From the NCBI GenBank assembly GCA_963708075.1, contig OY970194.1, positions 1,376,001 to 1,440,000 of the forward strand: DNA of 64,000 bases. Reading direction: 5' to 3'. The translations under genes were made by a program, and so were the position numbers. Positions 38,521 through 48,245 of this stretch are shown here, in pieces. A model generated the notes under the pieces. That model was given only the letters and a program-made list of their open reading frames with translations. It was not told the DNA's origin and did no database searches. Numbering within the stretch: position 1 is the stretch's first letter; each line of letters starts with the position of its first letter. Source of the stretch: Sedimentisphaerales bacterium. Its GTDB lineage: Bacteria > Planctomycetota > Phycisphaerae > Sedimentisphaerales > Anaerobacaceae.

Positions 38521-39243
38521 TTAAGGTGTTGGCAGAGCAGCCTCGCCGGCGGTTTTGAGCGGACAATTCCAGAGGTAGATCGTGTGTACACGGTGGTCCG
38601 TGTGAGAGGCCACTTTCATGACCTTGTCCGGCGGAATGCCCGCCAGTCCAAAATCGTGGGAGACAATCCTCGCCCCGGCGCTGAGTTTCGCTAACTGCGG
38701 CACCAGTCTCGCATTCAACTGATGGCCCAGGTACAGGGTGACCACGGTGGCCTCGCTCAGATCGGCCTGAAGGATATCCATTTGCTCGATGCGGACCAGG
38801 CGGGCGACATGGTTGTCCTCGGCGTTCTTGCGGGCCTCCTGCACGCGGAGGTGGTCGAGATCGTACCCGACGGCCCTGCAGCCATATCGTTTGGCGGCCG
38901 TCACGACAATACGGCCGTCGCCGCAGCCCAAATCGCAGACCATGTCTCGTTTCCTGATATGTGCCACCTTAAGCATCGCATCGACAACGTCGGGCGGCGT
39001 CGCCACATACGCGACAAACAGAACCGCCGGCGGAGGGGTATTCGCCGGATCACCGGCGGTCCCTGTCGGCGGCACGGGCTCAGCAGTCTCCGCGTGCTCG
39101 CCATTGAGCAGAAAAAGCGAATGCGAGTCTTCCGTGCGACTATCGATGCAGCCGGCCACCGTTATGGCAAAGAGCGATAGCAGGGCGACCCCCGCTGTGA
39201 TTCTCACCATCTTGCGAAACCCCAAAGCACGATATGTACTCAT
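38521..39243 (-). CDS. Class I SAM-dependent methyltransferase with a lipoprotein-like leader
   Basis: YVATP, DLGCGDGRIV, ATVVTLYL, RIVSHDF; leader ends VAGC; start uncertain (39243 or 39210). Confidence 0.85.
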   Translation of the reverse strand: MSTYRALGFRKMVRITAGVALLSLFAITVAGCIDSRTEDSHSLFLLNGEHAETAEPVPPTGTAGDPANTPPPAVLFVAYVATPPDVVDAMLKVAHIRKRDMVCDLGCGDGRIVVTAAKRYGCRAVGYDLDHLRVQEARKNAEDNHVARLVRIEQMDILQADLSEATVVTLYLGHQLNARLVPQLAKLSAGARIVSHDFGLAGIPPDKVMKVASHTDHRVHTIYLWNCPLKTAGEAALPTP

Positions 39244-39385
39244 GCACCAGCCACGCGGGACCAGGCTACTGTTCCGCATGTTCATGTCGTATCCACACAG
39301 CGTCCATTCAACAGTCCCATTGTATCTTCTCACGCGAGTATCACAAGCCTGTCAGGACTGCCGAGGGTCTGAAGCCGATTGGCCG

Positions 39386-40393
39386 TTACTGATCCTGCGG
39401 GCGAAGCGGCTTGTGTTCTCTGACCGCCGTGACGACCTGCCGAATGGCCTCCACCACCGCGGCGGGCCGGTCAAGTTGAATTGCGTGGGTGCTGTGGGCG
39501 ACCACGGTATGAATGCTGTCGGGGCACCGCGTCGCGAGATCCGCTTGCAACTCCTGCCACTGTGCTCTCCACTGTGCGAAGTCCTCCGCCGACATGCCCG
39601 GCGGATTCTGCCCCATTTCCCCGGCAGTGAGAACCACCAGGGGGACCTGCGGCAGGGCGGCCGACGCCTTCACCTGCGCAGCGCTCTTCTCCATCAGCAT
39701 CGCCTCGCTACAGATCGTTCCCAGAAAGGCGGTGCGCGACTTCAATGCCCGGTCTACGGGCTGCAGGAGGTTCGGGAGCCTTGGGTTGGCACGTACGAAG
39801 AGACGGACAATTCCAAGCCGACACCAGGGCAGTCCGGCCTTCAGTCGCCTCACATCACGTGCATCCAGGCGTTTCATCGATTCCGGCATCCGGGTCCACT
39901 GGTTTTCGTGGGAGGCATCCACCAGCACCAGGCCGGCAACCTCCTGCGGATACTCGTGGGCAAAGAGGCGGACGTTATACCCGCCGAAGGAGTGTCCGAC
40001 CAGGACATAGGGGCCGGGGATTCCTGCGCTGGCCAGCAACGCATGCAACTCATGGGCGATCTGCAGGCTGGTGCGCGGCGAGGGGTTTGGGTCGCTCCAA
40101 CCCGTACCCGCACGATCGTAGGAGCACACGCGGGCGAACTTGGCGACCTCAGGCTGAACCAGACACCAGTTCAACGAGCAACCGCTCCACCCCGCGTCGA
40201 GAATCACGGTCGGCGATCCCTCACCGGCGGATTCAATGTGGAGGCGGTACCCGCCCACGTCGATCAGTCTCCCCGGCGGAGGGTACCGCCGCGCATCGCG
40301 GGCAGAAGCTGCCCACTGGTAAACGGCTCCGAGGATCGCCAGCAGCAGCACCAGTGCAACCGCTCCGACCGCGAGCCGGATCGTATGTCTCAT
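39386..40393 (-). CDS. Alpha/beta hydrolase
   Basis: YDRAGTGWS, GHSFGG, STHAIQ; N-terminal TM. Confidence 0.9.
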   Translation of the reverse strand: MRHTIRLAVGAVALVLLLAILGAVYQWAASARDARRYPPPGRLIDVGGYRLHIESAGEGSPTVILDAGWSGCSLNWCLVQPEVAKFARVCSYDRAGTGWSDPNPSPRTSLQIAHELHALLASAGIPGPYVLVGHSFGGYNVRLFAHEYPQEVAGLVLVDASHENQWTRMPESMKRLDARDVRRLKAGLPWCRLGIVRLFVRANPRLPNLLQPVDRALKSRTAFLGTICSEAMLMEKSAAQVKASAALPQVPLVVLTAGEMGQNPPGMSAEDFAQWRAQWQELQADLATRCPDSIHTVVAHSTHAIQLDRPAAVVEAIRQVVTAVREHKPLRPQDQ

Positions 40394-40631
40394 CCTGTCT
40401 GCCTCCAAGTCCGAGGGGCAATAGTCAACCTGATCAGGGCGGCAGGTTACCAGCCCCTACCTGGCAGGTCAAGCCATCCGCCTCAATCGCGGCTCTTTTA
40501 CCGTACATCCCTGCTGGAGGGGCCCATTTCTCGGCCGATGCGGTCTTGCACGCGGCTCTCATGGCGTTATGATGACGAGCTCAGGGTGGGCGTCCACCCG
40601 GAACTGTCGCATTGAATAGGAGGACCGCGAA

Positions 40632-41954
40632 ATGGCCCTGGACAGGAAACAGGTTTCGACCTGCTTGCAGGAATGCAGGCACCACCTCACCACGGAACTG
40701 CTGCCGTTCTGGCTGAATCGGGCCAAAGACGACAAGTACGGCGGGTTCATCACGCATTTCGACAAGGACGGCAAGGATGCCGGCACGGACGAGAAGTCGA
40801 TGCTGGGGCAGATGCGGTTCATCTTTTCGATGTCGGCGGCGCACCGGGCCGGCCACGGCGGCGGCAAATGCGCCGAGTTCGCCAGGCACGGCGTGGACTT
40901 CGTGCTCAAAAAGGCCTGGGATAAGCAGAATGGCGGATTCTACTGGATGCTCAATCGCAAGGCGAAGGTGACCATTGACAAGAAGATCCTTTACGGCCTG
41001 AGCTTTGCCATGTACGGGCTGACGGAATACACGATGGCCACCGGCGACCCGCGAGGCCAGGAGTATGCGGAGAAGACGTTCGATCTCATCAAGAAGTACG
41101 CCGCGGACACGATGTATGGCGGCTACTTCGAGATGTTCGAACGCAACTGGGACCTGTGCGGCCCCGGGGCCCGGGGCGGCGACCGAAAGACTCTCGATGT
41201 CCACATGCACCTGATGGAAGCGTTCACGAACATGCTGGAGTGCACCAGGCAGAGCATTCATCGCCAGACATTGCTTGAAGACATCGATATCCTGCTCAAG
41301 AGGATTGCACATCCGAAATACGGGACGGGAATTCCGCAGTTCACGCCGGGCTGGAAGGTCGCGCCGCAGATCAAGTTCGACATCGTCTGGGGCTGGGACC
41401 GGTTCGCCGACGGCGGCAAGAAGGCTCACGCCGATGACAACACTTCCGCCGGACATAACGTGGAGTTCGGCTGGCTGCTCGCCCACGCCACCGACGTGCT
41501 CGGTAATGTAGCCCAGCCGCCCTCGGCTGGGGTCACCCCCGAGGGCGGGGGTGCTACATATTGGGATCAGTACAGGAACGTGGTCAAGCAGGTAATGGAC
41601 CACGGGCGCGACAACGGCATCGATTGGGAATACGGCGGTGTCTACGTCGAGGGACCGCACGCCGGCGGCGTCTACGATATGGAGAAGGAGTTCTGGCAGC
41701 AGGCGGAAGTGATGATCGGCATGCTGGAGGCCTGCCTGCGCTTCGGGCCCGAGGATTACTGGCCGGCGTACCTGAACGTGCACCGGTTCGTCTTCGACAA
41801 AATGATCAACCACCCGGTCGGCGAGTGGTGGCCGCTGATGACGCGCGAAGGCAAGCCGATCTGGACGCACATGAGCCATTCGTGGAAGGTCAATTACCAC
41901 ACGATCCGCTGCATGGTCGAATGCATCAAACGCCTGGAGAAGCTGTTGGGCTGA
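40632..41954 (+). CDS. AGE-family (N-acylglucosamine/cellobiose 2-epimerase-like) protein
   Basis: LPFW, HMHLMEA, GHNVEFGWL, FWQQAE, WKVNYH. Confidence 0.9.
   Translation: MALDRKQVSTCLQECRHHLTTELLPFWLNRAKDDKYGGFITHFDKDGKDAGTDEKSMLGQMRFIFSMSAAHRAGHGGGKCAEFARHGVDFVLKKAWDKQNGGFYWMLNRKAKVTIDKKILYGLSFAMYGLTEYTMATGDPRGQEYAEKTFDLIKKYAADTMYGGYFEMFERNWDLCGPGARGGDRKTLDVHMHLMEAFTNMLECTRQSIHRQTLLEDIDILLKRIAHPKYGTGIPQFTPGWKVAPQIKFDIVWGWDRFADGGKKAHADDNTSAGHNVEFGWLLAHATDVLGNVAQPPSAGVTPEGGGATYWDQYRNVVKQVMDHGRDNGIDWEYGGVYVEGPHAGGVYDMEKEFWQQAEVMIGMLEACLRFGPEDYWPAYLNVHRFVFDKMINHPVGEWWPLMTREGKPIWTHMSHSWKVNYHTIRCMVECIKRLEKLLG
41506..41559. repeat. In-frame intragenic palindromic element, copy B
   Basis: ATGTAGCCCAGCCGCCCTCGGCTGGGGTCACCCCCGAGGGCGGGGGTGCTACAT. 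Confidence 0.85.
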
Positions 41955-41956
41955 GC

Positions 41957-42994
41957 ATGGAATACGAAGGCAGATACAAGGTGTTCGATGCGACGCGGGT
42001 CAAGACGTATCCGCTGAGCACGCGAAGCAACAAGGTCACATTTGATGACCTGGTGTTCCCGAAAGATGTCTGCGATCTGGCCGTGGAGTTGCCGGACCGC
42101 GTGCAGGAGGACATCAGGACACTCGCGCAGGCGATTGTAGCCACCCGGCGAAAGGGCAAACCGGTCATCCTGTTCACCGGCGCCCACCTGATCAAGAACG
42201 GGCTGGGGCCGCTGCTGGCCCATCTCGTGGATCGCGGCGCGGTGACACTCGTGGCGGGCAACGCCGCTACGAGCATCCACGATTTTGAACTGGCCCTGAT
42301 TGGTGAGACAAGCGAGAACGTGCCCGCCGCTCTCGACAAGGGCCAGTTCGGCATGGCTTATGAGTTCGGCTATATCAATATGGCCCTGTCCGTGGGCAAT
42401 CAGCAGAAGCTCGGCTTCGGCGAGGCACTCGGGCGGATGATCGTCGATGAGGCGTTTCAACGGCAGGTCCTCGCCCTCGTGGCGAAAGAAGATTCGATTG
42501 CCGAGTTTCACCATCCGGAAGTGAGCGTTCTGGCTGCCTGCTACCGGCGGGCGGTCCCGTTTACCGTGCACGTCGGCATCGGCACGGACGTCATCGATCA
42601 GCATCCGAGTTTCGACGGCCAGGCCAAAGGTGGCTGTTCCGGCAGGGATTTCCTCATCTACACGAATGAAGTGACGAAGCTGACCAAAGGCGGCGTCATC
42701 CTGAATATCGGCAGCGCAGTCACCGGGCCGGAAGTGCTGCTCAAGGCGGTTTCCATGGCTGCCAACGTGGGCTCGGTCCCGCAGGGCATCCTCACCGCCG
42801 ACCTCGACCTGCGCGAGCACGAGCCGGGACAGATGAGCGACGAAGCGGCCCAGGGCTACTACTTCCGTGACCAGAAGAGCGTCGTGACACGAATCCCGCA
42901 GGCCTTCGGCGGCAGGGGGCTCTATATCCAGGGCGACCAGAAGAAGACTTTCCCGTTCCTCTACGGTACGATCATCGAGGCTTTAGAGCAGTAA
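41957..42994 (+). CDS. Conserved hypothetical protein, deoxyhypusine-synthase-like fold
   Basis: GAHLIKNGL, IHDFELAL, FGMAYE, TVHVGIGTD, NIGSAVTGPEVLLKA. Confidence 0.65.
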   Translation: MEYEGRYKVFDATRVKTYPLSTRSNKVTFDDLVFPKDVCDLAVELPDRVQEDIRTLAQAIVATRRKGKPVILFTGAHLIKNGLGPLLAHLVDRGAVTLVAGNAATSIHDFELALIGETSENVPAALDKGQFGMAYEFGYINMALSVGNQQKLGFGEALGRMIVDEAFQRQVLALVAKEDSIAEFHHPEVSVLAACYRRAVPFTVHVGIGTDVIDQHPSFDGQAKGGCSGRDFLIYTNEVTKLTKGGVILNIGSAVTGPEVLLKAVSMAANVGSVPQGILTADLDLREHEPGQMSDEAAQGYYFRDQKSVVTRIPQAFGGRGLYIQGDQKKTFPFLYGTIIEALEQ

Positions 42995-43002
42995 GGACCG
43001 GC

Positions 43003-44904
43003 ATGAATCAGCATCGCATCAGGGAGATTCTCGCGAGAATTGAAGATGTCACAGTGGCCGTCTATGGCGATTTCTGCCTTGACGCCTACTGGATACTGGA
43101 CCCGCGGGGCTCGGAGGTCTCCGAGGAGACAGGCCTGCACGCGCGGGCCGTCGCCAGACACTACTATTCGCTGGGCGGGGCGTCGAATGTCGTGGCGAAC
43201 CTGGCGGCGCTCAAGCCCCGAGCGATCCAGGTGATCGGCGTGGTCGGCAACGACCTCTTCGGCCGGGAGTTGCGGCGACAGTTCGACGAGCTCGGCATCG
43301 ACACGACCTACCTCATCATCCAGCACGAGAACTTCGATACGGTGACATTCGGAAAGCCCTACCTGGAAGAGGTCGAGGAGCCTCGCCTCGACTTTGGCTT
43401 CTTCAACAGGCGTAGCCTCGCCACGGATCAGACGCTGCTCCAGGGCATCCGTCACGCACTGCAGACGGCCGATGCACTGATCGTCAATGAGCAGGTGCCG
43501 GGCAGCATCGCCAACGAGATTTTCATCGAGCAGGCGAATCGGTTGTTCGCGGAATTCCTCGATAAGACCGTGCTGCTCGATTCGCGTCACTATGGCGAGA
43601 AGTTCCAGCATATCTGCCGTAAGACGAACGATCGCGAGGCCGCTCGGCTCAATGGTGTGCAGATCGTACGCGACGAGCCGGTGCCGGCGGGAGATATGAG
43701 GAAATACGCTCAAGACCTGTACCGCCGGTTCAATCGGCCGGTGTTTTTGACTCGGGGCCCGCGTGGCATTCTCGCCGCCGATGGCGAGGGCATCCACGAG
43801 GTCCCTGGCATCCAACTGCTCAGGAAGCTCGACCCTGTCGGCGCAGGCGATACTGTGACCAGTGCGCTGGCTCTGTGCCTCGGCGCGGACGTGTCCCCGG
43901 CCGAGGCGGCCGAGTTCGCCAATTTCGCCGCCGCCGTCACGGTCCAGAAGCTTTTCCAGACCGGCACCGCCAACGGCGACGAGATCCTCGCCGTCGCGAG
44001 GGATCCGGACTTCATCTACCAGCCGGAGCTGGCGGCGGACCGCCGTAAGGCTCGCTACGTCCCGAACACCGAGATCGAGCTGTGCGAGGAGTCGATCCCA
44101 TTCGGACATATCCGGCACGCGGTCTTCGACAACGACGGCACCGTCAGCGTGCTGCGGCAGGGCTGGGAGCAGATCATGGCCCCGGTGATGATCAAGGCCA
44201 TCCTAGGAGATCATTACGCGACCGCCGATGAAGCCCTTTACCAGAAGGTGCAGCGCCGCGTCCTCGAGTACATCGACAAATCCACGGGCATCCAGACACT
44301 CGTACAGATGGAAGCCCTGGTGGAGATGGTCCGGGAGTTCGGCATTGTCCGGCCGGAGAAGGTCCTCGACCGGTTCGGGTACAAGGCGATATACAATGAG
44401 GCTCTGATGGAGATGGTCAGCGAGCGCATTGCTCGACTCCACCGCGGCCAGCTTGATACCGGCGACTACACGATCAAAGGTGCAGTAGCGTTCCTCAAAG
44501 CCCTTCGTGGGCGGGGCGTGACGGTGTACCTGGCCAGCGGCACCGATCACGCCGATGTCGTTGCCGAGTCTCAGGCCCTCGGCTACGCCGACCTGTTCAA
44601 CGGCGGCATCTACGGTGCCGTTGGAGATATCACGAATTGCTCCAAGAAGATGGTGATCGACCGGATCATGAGCGAGAACAACCTTCGCGGCCCGGAGCTG
44701 GCCGTCTTCGGCGATGGGCCGGTGGAACTGCGCGAATCCCGCAAACGCGACGGTTTGGCCATCGGTATTGCCAGCGATGAGCTTCGGCGCCACGGCCTTA
44801 GCCTCGATAAGCGAGCCCGGCTTGTGAAAGCCGGCGCCCACGTCATCGTGCCCGATTTTTCCCAGGCAGCCGAGCTGCTCACGCTGCTCTTCGAGACCCG
44901 CTGA
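43003..44904 (+). CDS. PfkB (HldE-like) kinase fused to a HAD phosphatase
   Basis: GDFCLDAY, GGASNV, DPVGAGDT; then FDNDGT and FGDGPVE. Confidence 0.88.
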   Translation: MNQHRIREILARIEDVTVAVYGDFCLDAYWILDPRGSEVSEETGLHARAVARHYYSLGGASNVVANLAALKPRAIQVIGVVGNDLFGRELRRQFDELGIDTTYLIIQHENFDTVTFGKPYLEEVEEPRLDFGFFNRRSLATDQTLLQGIRHALQTADALIVNEQVPGSIANEIFIEQANRLFAEFLDKTVLLDSRHYGEKFQHICRKTNDREAARLNGVQIVRDEPVPAGDMRKYAQDLYRRFNRPVFLTRGPRGILAADGEGIHEVPGIQLLRKLDPVGAGDTVTSALALCLGADVSPAEAAEFANFAAAVTVQKLFQTGTANGDEILAVARDPDFIYQPELAADRRKARYVPNTEIELCEESIPFGHIRHAVFDNDGTVSVLRQGWEQIMAPVMIKAILGDHYATADEALYQKVQRRVLEYIDKSTGIQTLVQMEALVEMVREFGIVRPEKVLDRFGYKAIYNEALMEMVSERIARLHRGQLDTGDYTIKGAVAFLKALRGRGVTVYLASGTDHADVVAESQALGYADLFNGGIYGAVGDITNCSKKMVIDRIMSENNLRGPELAVFGDGPVELRESRKRDGLAIGIASDELRRHGLSLDKRARLVKAGAHVIVPDFSQAAELLTLLFETR

Positions 44905-45538
44905 CCCGGCATTGAGCGCAGAGGCATTGGTATCGTATCCGCCCAGTAACTTGGCGAGAAGATAGCCGTGCTGGGCCGGCAACGGTTGCTCCTTCGCTCG
45001 ACCGAATGGCCCTCACAATAAGATCCGAATTCAGATTTTGGGCTTGCCTTTTCTGTCTCCACGTGGTAAGGTGGGCAAGATAGGGCGTCTGGTGAACACT
45101 TCGAGGCCCCGGCGTGGTGATACGCTAAACATGCCTGACGCCCGCTTTCAGTCCTGATGTGACCACTCCGTCAGCAGTAAGCCACGGGGGCCGGTTGGTT
45201 GGGTGCCCTGAAAAAGGGCGGATAAAGGAGGCAGGAACAGCCGAAACCGCACACGCGGAGCGCTTAGGCAGCGCCTGGAATGCATGACCCCAAGGATTCC
45301 ACGGCCCTCTGTGCAGGCGGGTCGCCGGTTTTACCGGAACCCTGTCCGGTTTGCCGTTACAGGCCCGTGACTGCATGACGAGGGTGGATCAAGCAAATCA
45401 CGGCGACAGCCGATAAGAGGTATGCGGGTCGATGCATGGGGCGCGTGTCTTGCGGCTCGATGTCGCGTAGGCGGCAACGGTCGGTGTGGGGTGAAGACGC
45501 CACTTGAGGCGTCGGATGACCCTGAAGGTTGGGTGGAT

Positions 45539-46255
45539 ATGGTATCACGGGTTGGGCCTGGGATAAGAGCGGTTGCGGGGCGCAACTCGCCGATTTTGAG
45601 ATCCAGGCTGCCGCCGAGCTGGGCCGGTGTGCCGGCGCAATCCTTTCGAGCCGTACGGCGCGGCGATGCTACGCCTGTCCTGTTGCACAAATTCCGGCCG
45701 GCAGAGTCCCTGGTGGAACTGAGGCCCATGCTCGAATCCGCGGACTCACCGAACTTCACCCAGCCGTTCATCACGCGGTTCACGGATCTCTTTGTGGCGG
45801 CGGGCAGTGCGTACCTCGTCGAGCCGCTACCCGTGGGTATCAATCTGTCTGAGGCTTGGCGCCATGTCTTGCTGAGCCGGCCTCAGCAGGCGCAGGCTGT
45901 CACCGCGATCCTCACGCGTCACCTGCTGCCGCTCGTGCGACAGCTCACCGGCCAGGAACACTGCCTTGCAGCGTTGAACATCGACAATATCGTGCTGACT
46001 CCCACCGGCGGCTTCGGGGTTCTGGTCGCCGGCATCAAGTGCCAGGAGGGGTTGCTCTGGCTTCGAAAGGATCCTCGGGAGCCCTCGGCATGTGATCATC
46101 ATGCGCTGGCGAAGGTCCTGCGCTCGCTGCTCGATATGGAGGATGAGCTGGCCCACCTGCGCGGCAGGCTCATGCTCCTGTCTCCATACATCCGTGAGGA
46201 TATCCTGCATCTGGCGCACGCTGTCGAGCAATCCGGGCGTTGCGTGAGAATGTAG
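45539..46255 (+). CDS. Hypothetical protein with a degenerate protein-kinase-like fold
   Basis: VLLHKF, AYLVEPLP, HCLAALNIDNIVLT; start uncertain (45422-45539). Confidence 0.5.
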   Translation: MVSRVGPGIRAVAGRNSPILRSRLPPSWAGVPAQSFRAVRRGDATPVLLHKFRPAESLVELRPMLESADSPNFTQPFITRFTDLFVAAGSAYLVEPLPVGINLSEAWRHVLLSRPQQAQAVTAILTRHLLPLVRQLTGQEHCLAALNIDNIVLTPTGGFGVLVAGIKCQEGLLWLRKDPREPSACDHHALAKVLRSLLDMEDELAHLRGRLMLLSPYIREDILHLAHAVEQSGRCVRM

Positions 46256-46299
46256 ACGCTGCGTGGCATCAGATTCAGTGGGGACAGTAACAGGCGTTG

Positions 46300-46539
46300 T
46301 CAGCGAGTCCGCCTGAGCCAGCGGAAGCGGAAGGTGTCTCGAATACGCTCGGTGAAACGAATTCCCATGCGCTGCGTGCTCGCGGGGAAATCATGCTTGC
46401 GCAAGTCGCGGGATGTCGCCTTATACCTGCGTCCGATTCGCAGTCGCGAGAGCAGGCCTGCGGCGTAGCCGAGCCATGCGGCTTTTCCGCTTCGCCGCGG
46501 CAGCGAGAATCTCCTGAGTTTGAGCTTCGGCTTTCCCAT
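46300..46539 (-). CDS. Small Arg/Lys-rich hypothetical protein (79 aa)
   Basis: ATG 12 nt after the upstream stop on the same strand; fills the gap. Confidence 0.55.
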   Translation of the reverse strand: MGKPKLKLRRFSLPRRSGKAAWLGYAAGLLSRLRIGRRYKATSRDLRKHDFPASTQRMGIRFTERIRDTFRFRWLRRTR

Positions 46540-46551
46540 TCGCTTGCGTCG

Positions 46552-47133
46552 TTATCGTTGAACCGCACGGGCTGTGGAAGCGAGCAGCTCCTCGCCTGTC
46601 CGGCTCACATTCTCGCTCGTGCCAAAGAGTTGATGCCTGTCGAGAATCTCGGGCTTGGCTTGGTAGTACCGCTCGACGGCCCCGGTGCCGCCCTCGGCCT
46701 CGCCCGCCGTGCGATACTCGCCCTCCAGCAGCCACGAGCTGACCTCGTCATCGTACTCTGCGGGGTAGATCAGCCCCACGACGTACTGATCCTCGGCGTA
46801 CCTGGCGAGATGCACCTTGGCCCGGCAGGGTGGGGTGGTCCGCACGGCCAGGTTCACCAGCCGCTGGAAGTCGGCCTTTGCCGTCGCCTCATCGCGCGAG
46901 TAAAAGAACATCCCGGTCTCCAACTGGAACTTCCCGGCCGGAACGCCCTTGAGCTCCAGCCGCCCGTCGGGATACGCCCGGTGGATCTTATACACCTTCC
47001 CGTCCTTGTACCGCTCGCTCTCCAGGAGCTCGGCCACCTCCTCGGCGGTGAATCCCACGCCGGCATGGTCGCCGAAGTCGAACACGTACAGCCCCTGATA
47101 TCGATCCGGTTTTTCCAATCTCGGTAGTTTCAT
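46552..47133 (-). CDS. Conserved hypothetical protein
   Basis: Strong GC3 codon bias; MKLPRLEKPDRYQGLYVFDFG; TATAAT 7 nt before ATG. Confidence 0.75.
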   Translation of the reverse strand: MKLPRLEKPDRYQGLYVFDFGDHAGVGFTAEEVAELLESERYKDGKVYKIHRAYPDGRLELKGVPAGKFQLETGMFFYSRDEATAKADFQRLVNLAVRTTPPCRAKVHLARYAEDQYVVGLIYPAEYDDEVSSWLLEGEYRTAGEAEGGTGAVERYYQAKPEILDRHQLFGTSENVSRTGEELLASTARAVQR

Positions 47134-47260
47134 ACGGAATATTATACGCCGCCCGTGCCGCCCTTGCACAGATTTTTCTGCCTCGATCGGACTGGCGACG
47201 CCGGAGGGGAAATGCCGCGGTGGATTCTGGTGGAAGGTAGATGCTATGAAGCGATGAGGC

Positions 47261-47296
47261 AAAAAAGAAAGGGCTGCAAGTGGTAGCTTGCAGCCC
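47261..47296 (-). terminator. Intrinsic terminator
   Basis: GGGCTGCAAG-loop-CTTGCAGCCC then TTTCTTTTTT. Confidence 0.85.
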
Positions 47297-47323
47297 GGAA
47301 AAGTCGTTGGTTTAGCTCGCGGG

Positions 47324-47857
47324 TTACAGGGCTCTTCGCCGACGGAGCCAGCCGACCAGGCCGGCGCCGAGGGAGCCGAGCAGGACCGCGCCGGGGGCGG
47401 GAATGGCTTCGTAGATGTTCACCGTTAGCGAGCCCGTGTTGTTCGGGGAGTAGATGTCATAGATGTCGAATGTGACCGTGCTGCCCGCACCAGTCTGGGC
47501 CAGCGTGTACACATGGTTCGGGTTGAACGGGCCCCACTCGACGAAGACGCCGTCGATGCGTAGTTCAATGAGTCCCTCGCCGTAGCTCTCGTAGCCCTCG
47601 ACCAAATCCTGCCAGACGAAGCTGGTCGGGCCGGAGGAGTATTCGGCATCAGCGGTGATCGAGGCACCGGCGTCGAACGTTCCGAGGACCTCAAACAGGT
47701 AATTGTCGCCCAAACCCAGGGTGACGGCGGAAGTGACAGGGCCGCCAGTGGCCGGAACGGTCAAAGTATCGACAAGGACCCAGGTAGGTGCGGCTACGGC
47801 GGTCTGGCTCAATATCAGGGCAGCCGCCACGGCGATCAGGACTTGGACGCTTCTCAT
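47324..47857 (-). CDS. PEP-CTERM-like (IPAPGA) exosortase substrate
   Basis: Signal peptide; C-terminal IPAPGAVLLGSLGAGLVGWLRRRRAL. Confidence 0.9.
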   Translation of the reverse strand: MRSVQVLIAVAAALILSQTAVAAPTWVLVDTLTVPATGGPVTSAVTLGLGDNYLFEVLGTFDAGASITADAEYSSGPTSFVWQDLVEGYESYGEGLIELRIDGVFVEWGPFNPNHVYTLAQTGAGSTVTFDIYDIYSPNNTGSLTVNIYEAIPAPGAVLLGSLGAGLVGWLRRRRAL

Positions 47858-48245
47858 CTTCGTCTCCCAACCCAGCACCACAAGACCAGGCGATATCGCT
47901 CCAGGTTCGCCTGACCTGTCTGCGGTGCAAATTCAGCGGGGGGTAACCCTCCATTGAGCATCACCCGCACTCCACCATCGTGACGTAAGACCATCCCTGT
48001 CCTCGTACGTTCAACGATCTAATTTACCCTATATGTGCGTTTCGGTCAACACTTAAACTACCTATTTTCACACATAATCTGCAGATATACGCAAAATGGC
48101 GTTCTTAGCTTGAAAACGGGGTTATTTGAGAGCAAGACGGGGCTGCGTTTTCGGCATTGCCTCACAGAATTCACGTGAGTATGATGGCTGAGTCGTCCAA
48201 GGCAATGGCTTGGAGGTATACGCACAAATCCTGATGAGGGCAACT

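Noticed and set aside
45080..45420. RNase P, tmRNA, SRP, hammerhead, ZTP or c-di-AMP riboswitch
   Set aside because: Only short partial resemblances (CTGATG, CCGTCAGC); diagnostic cores absent
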